A stretch of 64,000 nt of DNA, from contig NIVC01000896.1 in the NCBI GenBank assembly GCA_002269645.1, forward strand, positions 186,001 to 250,000. Direction: 5' to 3'. The stretch comes from Macrostomum lignano. Its lineage: Eukaryota. Positions within the stretch are counted from its first letter, which is position 1, and every line of letters begins with the position of its first letter. The notes below the pieces were generated by a model that saw only the letters and a list, made by a program, of their open reading frames with translations, searched no databases and was not told the DNA's origin. Shown here piece after piece: positions 14,372 through 24,313 of the stretch. The position numbers and the translations under genes were made by a program.

Positions 14372-15738
14372 CGAGGGATGTTCCATAAGTACTTATACTT
14401 TTGCATGCTGCTCAGGAACTACGCAACCAATCATTGTAAGTTTTATGTCGCTGGAAAGCGGCTTTACTCATCTTTAATCTGTCGCCAAAATCATTTCGTT
14501 CTGTCAACTATGTCAAAAGTTACAACAAAAAACGTAGTCAAAGGTCACCCATAGACTTACAAGAAATTTTCAAAATCAAAACTTCAAAGTTCAGCACGCA
14601 GAGTTATTTCGGATTCTACATAATGCATTCTTTTTTGCTTCATAAGCGAATGCCACACCCTTTTCGTCTATGGAAAATACTGGCCTAAGCTTTCACAGCA
14701 TCTTAATCTTAAGATCACAGCATCTTAATCTTGTAAAGTTTCACCACCTTGGCTGCTGCTGCATCACCATGGATGTGAACTCAAGGGAAGGACAGCGCGC
14801 TGCAATTTTTACCCTCTGGAAACTCGGAAAAAAGCAATCAGAGATTTATGCGGATTTATGCAACATTCATGGAGCTAATGCGGTGAGCAGGATGACCGTC
14901 TACAACTGGGTTGAGCAGTTCGAAGCAGGAAGGACCAATCCTCCGGTAAAAGCTCAAAGGGACGCACATGGAAAGAAGATCATGCTGTCTCTGTTTTTCG
15001 ACTGCAATGGTCCTCTAACTGTCGAGTTTTTGGAGCCAAACACTACAATAAACTCTGAGCGCTACGTTGAAACGCTAACAAAGCTGCATCATGACATCCA
15101 GAACAAGCGTCGTGAAAATCCCAGACCTTTCATTCTTCATCATGACAATGCAAGGCCTCATACAGCACAAAAGACAGTCGAGGCAATCAGCAAGCTGAAG
15201 CTCCATCTTCTACCTCACCCTCCTTACTCTCCAGACCTGGCACCAGCAGACTTTGCTTTATTTCCAGAGTTGAAGCGCCATCTGAAAGGACGCGTGTACG
15301 AGACCAGGAACCAGATCGAGGAGGAAGTCCGCAGAATTCTGCTGTATGTCATCCCCCGACAGCTGTACGCAGAAGCCATCAAAAGCATGTTTAACAGGTG
15401 GACCAAGTGCATCAACTCCGGTGGAAACTACGTTGAGAAGGTGTCGGTACCAACTGAGGATGAGTGACAAAGAAGTCAAACTTTCTGTCATCAACAAGGC
15501 GCCTCTGTTTTCATGCTTGCCATTGTAGTTGTTGCTCTTTAAATTTCTTGTAAGTCTATGGGTGACCTTTGACTACGTTTTTTGTTGTAACTTTTGACAT
15601 AGTTGACAGAACGAAATGATTTTGGCGACAGATTAAAGATGAGTAAAGCCGCTTTCCAGCGACATAAAACTTACAATGATTGGTTGCGTAGTTCCTGAGC
15701 AGCATGCAAAAGTATAAGTACTTATGGAACATCCCTCG
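14372..15738 (+). mobile_element. Mariner (DD34D) transposon, 1367 bp, perfect 198-bp TIRs, TA target duplication, internally deleted
   Basis: TIRs 14372-14569 and 15541-15738 are exact reverse complements by eye. TA at 14370-71 and 15739-40. Confidence 0.97.
14769..15467 (+). CDS. Mariner transposase, in-frame internally deleted (232 aa)
   Basis: N-terminal HTH (...VSRMTVYNWVEQFEAGRT) joined directly to PPVKAQ...KKIMLSLFFD. HHDNARPH and YSPDLAPAD present with 34 residues between the two Asp. Second HTH, WVPHEL and first catalytic Asp motif absent. Confidence 0.9.
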   Translation: MDVNSREGQRAAIFTLWKLGKKQSEIYADLCNIHGANAVSRMTVYNWVEQFEAGRTNPPVKAQRDAHGKKIMLSLFFDCNGPLTVEFLEPNTTINSERYVETLTKLHHDIQNKRRENPRPFILHHDNARPHTAQKTVEAISKLKLHLLPHPPYSPDLAPADFALFPELKRHLKGRVYETRNQIEEEVRRILLYVIPRQLYAEAIKSMFNRWTKCINSGGNYVEKVSVPTEDE

Positions 15739-16293
15739 TAGCTGAAGTGCATTAGGATCTATTATATATAATCTTATAACAACAAAGCTTTCAAACTTTT
15801 ACCAAACTACTAAAGAGAAAATTATGACAATAATTTTCAATATTGATCAGTTATATTATTCATAAGAAAACTTATATTACTACTTTGAGTAGGTCTAATA
15901 GATGCAGCTATTTCTAGTTCACTTTGCATCAATATAGAATCATACATGTGCAACAGTCGGCCGATCTGGCTGACCAATTTGGTGGCCAACCAATGTAAGT
16001 TGCAAAAATGCCCACCCAAATTAATAAAAGTAGTACAAGTAGATGATGAGGCATTTTGACTTAATAAGACAGTCATAGTTACTCCTGCCGTTTACCCAAA
16101 GTTGCGTTAATTTTGCTCTAGGTTTCTTTACATGTAAGTCGCATTTTTTGGCCAAAAACCACATTGCATTTTTGTTAAAACTAAGTTGCATGGCCAACCG
16201 AATTTCGAAGGTTGCACTATGTATGTATAGAATCATACTAAAATTTCTTTATATATCTTTTTTATATAGTTACATTGCTGTAGGCGAAGCTAT

Positions 16294-18764
16294 GGTTCCA
16301 GCCGAAGTCGTCATATTCGAGATCGTCATCTGTGGCTTACGAGAAAAACAACTAAATTATCTAAATCGTCATCATCTCAGTATTGGACAATGCTGCATTC
16401 ACTAAATCGCCATATTGCGTTGCATTGGCTGCGCAAGGATCTTAGCTCATGGCGGCAGCGTGTTGCAAACAAATTAAAACAATTTATAACTTTAGGCTTA
16501 TTCACACTTACTATCAAACGAGCCATCAAAATCATGCAGTCAAATACGTAAAGCCAAGGAGTCTAATTAAACGAGCCTTTATAGGCCAGGGCAGTATAAT
16601 CTCGATCATGCATGTACATTGTGTACCCTGTACAATGTAACAGTGTACATTGAGTTCTGTGATCTCACAATGATGTACATGTGTATATATTGCATGAATG
16701 AGAGTAGAGATATATATGTATATGCATATGGTTAAACTGAATTTTGAGCACTCCTGCAACGCTTTTACTGTAGCTTAACTTTATAAACAGGGGCAAACTC
16801 TACTGGAGTGTTGATGAATCTTGAACTGATAAATAAACACTTACTAAAGGCAATGTATCCATGCATAGTTTGTCACAAAGAAGTTCAACCAAAGCAACAT
16901 GGCTTTCAGTGTGATAGTTGTCAACACTGGCAGCACAGAGTAGGATGTTCATCAGTCAGCCTAAATGAGTACCATAGACTCCAGGGTACTGTCTTTCATT
17001 GGTCCTGCAGTCAGTGTAAGTGCATGGAATTAAGTTACAAGTACATGTAAACTGTGTGTGAAAAACTCACATTGCTTGATCGCTTTTTTACGAGTACTGT
17101 GTACATGTACATGTAATTTTTGGACAGGCTCTACTGAACAGTCCGCTGCTCAACTTGACAATGCCAATCCAGCACCAGTTGAGCAGCCTGATGCTCGGCT
17201 CATTGCTCAACTTGATGATGCCAATCCAGCACCAGTTGAGCAGCCTGACGCTCGGCTCATCGCTCAACTTGACGATGCCAATCCAGCACCAGTTGAGCAG
17301 CCTGACGCTCGGCTTATCACTCAACTTTCACTGTGTGGTTCCTGGATGGAACGTTTAACGTTGTCAAAGAGCCTTTCATGCAGCTATACTCGGTGCATTG
17401 TTACATGAAAAAGGACGACTGCATTAAGCAGGTACCTCTGGTGTTTGCCCTAATGTCAAGTAAGTCGAAATTGGGAATATTATTAGTTTATTATTCAAAA
17501 TTGTAGATTTCCTGCCTACTGACAGCGCATACACACATTTTGTATCACAGGAAAATCTCAGCAAGACTATGCTGCTGTACTGAGGCGTCTCCATCTGCAT
17601 CTTAGCAATGTTGTGCCTGAAGTGGCAATTCTTGACTTCGAAGGTGCTATGTGGCAGGCAATTAGTGAAGTATTCCCCACCACAAGGAAACAGGGCTGCC
17701 TATTTCATTATAGCCAAGCTGTCTGGCGCCGCATCCAACTCGATGGTCTGACTCAGGCATTCAGGAGTCACGCACCAACAAAGGACTTCCGTCGACAGCT
17801 GATGGCGCTTCCGCTTCTGCCAGCTGAGCACATGGAGATAGGGTTCGGTGACATTATTAGATCCACGAATGATGCCAGGCTGCTCCGGCTAGTGGAATAC
17901 GTTGAGACGACTTAGCTGACACATCCTGTGTGGACCAAAACAAATGTTAGCATTTTTCTGCAGAAAGTGCGGACCAATAATGAAGTAGAAGGGTGGCATC
18001 GTCGGCTGAAGAACAGAGCAGGCCGTGCAAAGCTCCCGCTGTATATGCTACTCCAGCTGCTATACAAGGAGGCCAATGTTGCTGCTGTGCAGGCAGAACT
18101 GGTACTACAGGGCTCCAAAAGTCACAACCATCGTGCAAAATACGCCAAACTGCAGATGCGACTCAGGGAGCTGTGGAGATTGTACACAACTGGGCAGCTG
18201 AGCATCTGCAGATTCCTACGTGCCTGCAGTCGGCTTCAGCCTGAAGGATTGCATTAAGGATTGCAAGCTAGCTTTTGCTTTGAATTTTTAATTTGTGACA
18301 TTTTTATTTTCTAAAACTGAAATATGAAATTTGCTTTAAACTTTGAACTAATTTTATATTGCATCATCGCGGCGCCTAGCCTTATAAAAATGTCAGCTAT
18401 AAAAAATGTATTTTATTTTTATCTTTGTGTTTTTATTTAATTGGCCAATAATTGATATTTACAAATATGAAATATAAAATATAACCTTAAACTCGCGTTC
18501 TTTGCTACTGTTCTCTTTGCATAAACTTGTTTTTGTTGATATTCGTCATCCCTTCTACTGTTCTATTATTAAATTATAGTCTCAGTAGTCAGCAATCAGC
18601 ATTAGTTGACATGCTTAGTATGGAAAGTAGGGAAATCCTAAATTAACACACCTTTGCCTTTGGCCAAAGTTGTCATACTCATATTTAAATGTTTAAGTCT
18701 TCCAGAATTGTTCAAGTCGTCATCATCATATGACGATTTTGAATATGACGATTTCGGCTGCACC
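16294..18764 (+). mobile_element. Mutator-like (MULE) DNA transposon, defective, with N-terminal PHD finger
   Basis: Imperfect ~37-bp TIRs (GGTTCCAGCCGAAGTCGTCATATTC / GGTGCAGCCGAAATCGTCATATTC) and 9-bp TSD-like flanks CGAAGCTAT/CAAAACTAT. Transposase motifs WFLDGTF, ILDFEGAM, GCLFHYSQAVWR, RTNNEVEGWHRRL. PHD pattern CIVC...CDSC..WQH..C...WSCSQC. Confidence 0.9.
16855..18257 (+). pseudogene. PHD-MULE transposase pseudogene with two introns
   Basis: Introns ~17013-17128 and 17461-17550. Frame break at ~17327 (probable internal deletion), extra A at ~17552-17555, and TAG at 17913-17915 where Trp is expected (YVETT*L). Three 57-bp coding repeats at ~17148-17325. Confidence 0.85.
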
Positions 18765-20381
18765 CAAAACTATATTGTATATATGTATAATATATATTAT
18801 ATTGTTTGATTCTTATTTTTTGAATTTTACTTCAAGTTAGTGAATTCTGCAACTGATTCCAAATTTTACCATTCTGCTACAGATTCTGCATTTTATTGTG
18901 CTATTCCATTCTGATTCCACTGCAGATTCTGCATTTTACTAGGTACCTTATTTTAGTAGTTGTATTGTATAGCCTATATAAGTTGGAAATATACTTTTAC
19001 TTATGTATTCTTTTGCATGTTGCATTATACTAATAATTAACACTTAGGTTTTGCATTAGGCCCTACAAAAAATAAGAAAGTAGAAAATTTAAAGTCCCTT
19101 ATTTATTTTAAAGGCCTAGCCTACTGCAAGAAAAACTAAGAAAAGAAAATAGCTTCAAAGACTTGGTGTATTATTAGGCCTATTTGACCTAAGGGCAAGG
19201 CTAGGGGCCTAAGGCTAAGATGATATTATTTATTATACTATATTATATAGATGCTAAAATATTGATACTATTATCAAAAGGCCTTTTGGGAAAGCTCTCA
19301 TAAAAAGATGGTCTGTTTTTTTCTGTTGTCGTGACACGGCGACACGTCCCGTTCGACAAGAAAATAGTATTTGAAACATTTGTTTTGCCCTTTCTAAGTT
19401 TCTTTGAAAGATAAATACTCAAATTTACAAGTTTACGTGTAATAAAAATTTATTCAATCAAAAAAGCTTAATTTTACATAGAAACATAACTTATTTGCTT
19501 TGCTTACTGCTGGCCAAGGAAGAAAAGCGTTTCTATTGCGCGTAATAGGTTTGTTAAATTAACCGCGATAAATATTAAACGATTATTTAGTTTATTATCG
19601 TACGTAGAAATAAAGCATTCAGGGTAACCACTGTCAAGATAGGCCCAGATTTATCAGCAGTAAGCATAATAAAAAATACAGTAACACCGATTATTTTTCC
19701 TATTTTTACAACACACATCAAAAGTAAGTATAAGATTTTTGAGAAGACACGATCCATATATACTGTACTCTCTAAATGAAATCAAGTTCCAGTCCTAAAG
19801 TCAGACTCAAATTTTCGCCCCTATTTGCACTCTAAATCATGTTATAATACTGTAAAAAGACCTCTCGATTAAGTAATTGAGGCAAATGCGTTTTTGCTTT
19901 AAACATCATTTTTTCTGAAGAAGTGAAGACAAAAGTGACTGTACCAGGTTAAAGCTACTGTGGTTTGTTCAATTTTTTTAATTTTCTCTTCCGAACGTGG
20001 GGGCGAAGATTGCTAGTCCAACAAGGACAGCATCAGAGCCACACTGAATGAAAGTCGGTCAAATCCATTAAGAAGACACCGGCTATGCTCCGACGGCGGT
20101 TAGAGGATGAAACACAGTTTAGATGCATGATGACGGAAAGGCAAATCTGGACCGCAGCCCAGCCGTATTAAGGTGCCGCAGGTCATACGATGCTTAAAAG
20201 AAATTTAACAGAAACTCATACTGATATAATTTTGCTTAGTGTTAGTTGTTTTATTAGCAGTTTTTTATATTCTAATGATATACATGTAAATAAGCATCTG
20301 CGGATGCAATGAATTAGGACAAATATTGTAAACAGTTAATCAAACAGTGCTAATAGTTCATGCTAAATTCATGCTGCAGTC

Positions 20382-22614
20382 TCACGGGGTTTCCAACCAA
20401 GGAAACAGCGAGAGTTCGATCCCATTCCATCCCATCGAGGAGGCACTCCTGGCTGACCTCAGCAGCTGTTGGTCAGCCGTGCTGTCCTGCTGGAGGTCCC
20501 GGCAAGCGGGCGGGATGTCGAACACGCTGCGATCGGCGATGCCGTTGGTCAGGTTGAAGAAGCTCTGGATTGCCAGCGTGTTGTCTTGGGGATGTTGAAA
20601 GCAGGAGGAGAGTTTGTTAATGATTGGTCAGGTGAGCCATCTCATATTTATTGGCTCATTGCCAGCGCAAAATAGGAATTTATAGTGAAGGAATAGCTGG
20701 TGGTGACCCAATGGGCAGATGTGCAACTGACAACTGAGCCGCAGCTATTGCTGGTTTAACTGAAGCAATACAGAAATAGCGTCTGGCCCAATGACATGAA
20801 TTGTTTCGAGGTCATCAAGAATCGAACCTCCGATCTTTCACTCGCGAGCCCAAAGCTCTAAACCACTAGGCCACAACCTCTAGCTGCAACAAAAGTGTCC
20901 TTGATGTACTAAATGTCTTGAAAATGCATTTGAAAGCCGATAATATTTGAAACTAAGAAATTTGGAAGCAATATACCAGTTCCTTCAGATGACCTGTTGC
21001 TCACGCCTCAGGTCCTCAAACTCCCAGCTGTGACGATAAGTACAGAGCAACTCACCCTCCTGCAAAACCATCTGAACCATTGGCAGGCAGCGTTCCTGAG
21101 ACATGATCAGAATCATATTGCCATCAGGTGTTGGTCCTTGGAACACTCGACAGCGAACGTGCCCGGCGGAAGGGTCACCGAGGATGGCGCTTCCGGCTGC
21201 TTTAAGGGAGGCTGCGGGTTGGAATACATGTACATGCATATTGTTTCTAAATATTTATAAATATAATCCCTAGTCAACTACATGTACTGCACACGAGACT
21301 TAAATTTGAGTGACCGATCATGGAATCCAACCAGCGTACAAGAGGAGCTCCCATTTAGGCTGTTACTCACAAGGCACGCACAGCTTCGGCACTCCATCTG
21401 GCATGTCCGACACCATGCACTGTCCGTTGGCACTATTGACTGAGTAGAACTTCCGAGTTTTTCCAATCATCAGGAACTGATAAGTGAACACCTTTCCGTC
21501 TGATGAAATGAACCTATTGTTGTGGACCATGACCTGGTTGGCATAGTCGTAGGCCACAAATCCAGAGCCCTGTGAGTAGGTGCGATTCGAGAGCTGGTTG
21601 GACCGTTTTAAATAACAATTAAGTGCTCATTCTGGCGCGGATTTAAGTGCTAGCGGCAGCTAAGTTGTGTGCTAGATGTGGCGCTAAAGTTGTGTTCTAT
21701 AGATGTGGCGTTAAAGTTGTGTGCGAGATGTGGCGCTAAAGTTGTGTGCTAGATGTGGCGATAAAGCTGTGTGCTAGATGTGGCGATAAAGTTGTGTGCT
21801 AGATGTGGCGCTAAAGTTGTGTGCTAGATGTGGCGCTAAAGTTGTGTTCTATAGATGTGGCGCTAAAGTTGTGTGCTAGATGTGGCGATAAAGCTGTGTG
21901 CTAGATGTGGCGCTAAAGTTGTGTGCTAGATGTGGCGATAAAGTTGTGTGCTAGATGTGGCGCTAAAGTTGTGTTCTATAGATGTGGCGCTAAAGTTGTG
22001 TGCTAGATGTGGCGATAAAGCTGTGTGCTAGATGTGGCGATAAAGTTGTGTGCTAGATGTGGCGCTAAAGTTGTGTGCTAGATGTGGCGATAAAGTTGTG
22101 TGCTAGATGTGGCGCTAAAGTTGTGTGTTAGATGTGGCGCTAAAGTTGTGTGCTAGATATGGCGCTAAAGTTGTGTGCTAGATGTGGCGATAAAGTTGTG
22201 TGCTAGATGTGGCGCTAAAGTTGTGTGTTAGATGTGGCGCTAAAGTTGTGTGCTAGATGTGGCGCTAAAGTTGTGTGCTAGATGTGGCGATAAAGTTGTG
22301 TGCTAGATGTGGCGCTAAAGTTGTGTGCTAGATGTGGCGATAAAGCTGTGTGCTAGATGTGGCGATAAAGTTGAGTGCTAGATGTGGCGATAAAGCTGTG
22401 TGCTAGATGTGGCGATAAAGTTGAGTGCTAGATGTGGCATGCTACTCACTGTAGAGTAGGGCACGGAAGCTCCGCCGAAATTGTAGCTCAGTTGAGCCTC
22501 CCATTGGTCGGGCGCGCAGCAGCCCGGCTCATCGCCAGTGGCCGGGTTCATGGCGAACATCAGGCCCATGCTCATGGCGCAGGCTGGCAGAAGCAGCAAT
22601 AGAAGCAGTTTCAT
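20382..22614 (-). CDS. EPDR: Ependymin-related secreted protein, 240 aa
   Basis: Exons 22614-22450, 21569-21371, 21211-21056, 20584-20382 join in frame. Signal peptide, CCAPDQWEA, AYDYANQ, CLP and FFNLTNGIADRSVFDIPPAC match the ependymin family pattern. Confidence 0.85.
20711..20875 (-). mobile_element. tRNA-derived SINE, family A, internally deleted copy
   Basis: A box TGGCCTAGTGG, B box GGTTCGATTC. Head and 3' motif GCAATAGCTGCGGCT..TGTC.GTTGCACATCTG shared with the copy at 24925. Confidence 0.75.
21660..22440. repeat. 25-bp minisatellite (AGATGTGGCGCTAAAGTTGTGTGCT) filling EPDR intron 1
   Basis: About 31 copies, starting ~10 nt from the donor at 22449. Confidence 0.95.
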
Positions 22615-23254
22615 GTCGAATTTGGCGTCAGTTGCTCAATGAAATAACAGGTAAAGAAACGTTACCTTCTAGTAGCAGATTATTTCCGAATTATTGGCTT
22701 TTCACTGACCGAAATTTGCAGCATTTAAATACTCGATTTCACTGATTCCGATAAGATAAGCTCACCTGAATTCTTGCTCAGGCTCGTGTTTATGAGAGAC
22801 TTTATTGATTACATAATGCTCCCCCGATAGTGTGACCTGGATTGTTGCCCAATATCTTATTTACAGTGATGCGAGACTTAGTCGCCACTCTTATCAGGTC
22901 ATTTTGTTCAATAATAGGAGACTGTCGAACTTCATATCTCAGCTTGCTGTTATCTGCATATATGCCGCCCACGCAGCTCAGTAGGTTAAAACAAGAGATT
23001 AAACTTTGCTCCACTCGCTGTGCCATTCGGTCAACTCTAATCAGTTAAAACTCCACACAATCAATTTCATCGATGTCAAACGTCTTTTATTTACATTTTG
23101 TCTCGCTGTAATCTATCTTTGTCCAATCTCCTCTCAGTCCTGCACAAGGGCACCGCATCATGGATCTGCATATTAGTGCAATATCTCATTTAGTTCAGTC
23201 CATATTACGGGAAAGTCCCTAGCAGTGATTCAGAGAATATGTGATTGTGATTCA

Positions 23255-24000
23255 CTGATTCAGAGACAGTTAATCAGAGAGTCAGTGAATCAGAGTCAGT
23301 GAATCAGAGAGTCAGTGAATCAGAGAGTCAGTGAATCAGAGAGTCAGTGAATCAGAGAGTCAGTGAATCAGAGAGTCAGTGAATCAGAGTGAGTGAATCA
23401 GAGAGTCAGAGAATCAGAGAGTCAGAGAATCAGAGAATCAGTGAATCAGAGAGTCAGTGAATCAGAGAGTCAGAGAATCAGAGAATCAGTAAATCAGAGA
23501 GTCAGTGAATCAGAGAGTCAGTGAATCAGAGAGTCAGTGAATCAGAGAGTCAGTGAATCAGAGAGTCAGTGAATCAGAGTGAGTAAATCAGAGTGAGTGA
23601 ATCAGAGAGTCAGAGAATCAAAGAGTCAGTGAATCAGAGAGTCAGAGAATCAGAGAGTCAGTGAATCAGAGAGTCAGTGAATCAGAGTGAGTGAATCAGA
23701 AAGTCAGAGAATCAGAGAGTCAGAGAATCAGAGAATCAGTGAATCAGAGAATCAGAGAATCAGTGAATCAGAGAGTCAGTGAATCAGAGAGTCAGTGAAT
23801 CAGAGTGAGTGAATCAGAGAGTCAGTGAATCAGAGAGTCAGTGAATCAGAGAGTCAGTGAATCAGAGTGAGTGAATCAGAGAGTCAGAGAATCAGAGAGT
23901 CAGAGAATCAGAGAATCAGTGAATCAGAGTCAGTGAATCAGAGAATCAGTGAATCAGAGAATCAGTGAATCAGAGTCAGTGAATCAGATTCAGTGAATCA
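23255..24000. repeat. 14-16-bp minisatellite (GAATCAGAGAGTCAGT), intergenic
   Basis: Direct inspection. Confidence 0.95.
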
Positions 24001-24313
24001 CATGCAAGTTAGCTAGTTAAGAAAATTAATTCTCAAGTTGTTGTAACTGTGGCAATTATAAAAAATGCCAACAAGTCACACAAGGTGCCAGATGTTTATC
24101 GCAAAGATTTATTAGTGTAAATACAATATAAAGTTTCTATACATGAAATTTGATTATTGAATTTAAACGCCTTGTTCTCCTTTAAATGACGATGCAGTTT
24201 TATTTTCGAATCGACACTTTTAAAATGAAGCGTTTTGACTACCTTAAAGTCTGATGATTTGAAATATGAATTCACGTCAATAAGGAAGCATATAAATGTT
24301 CTGCAGTAATAAT

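Larger units (their letters stand above)
14234..18948. mobile_element. Older non-autonomous TIR element (~130-bp diverged TIRs) hosting nested mariner and MULE insertions
   Basis: 14234-~14360 is an imperfect reverse complement of ~18825-18948 (GGCACCTAATAAAATGCAGAAT vs GGTACCTAGTAAAATGCAGAAT). Identical TATTTTAG on both outer flanks (14226-14233, 18949-18956). Confidence 0.65.

Noticed and set aside
14670-14768. N-terminal extension of the mariner ORF from ATG 14670
   Set aside because: Extension is non-homologous and spans a small tandem duplication; ATG 14769 fits the usual transposase start.
20172-20200. TTAA-GG... as a Kolobok transposon end
   Set aside because: No matching inverted end found in the window.
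20122-20228. ATGATGA...CTGA pair suggesting a C/D snoRNA
   Set aside because: No terminal stem or recognisable rRNA-complementary guide, and not in an intron; likely chance.
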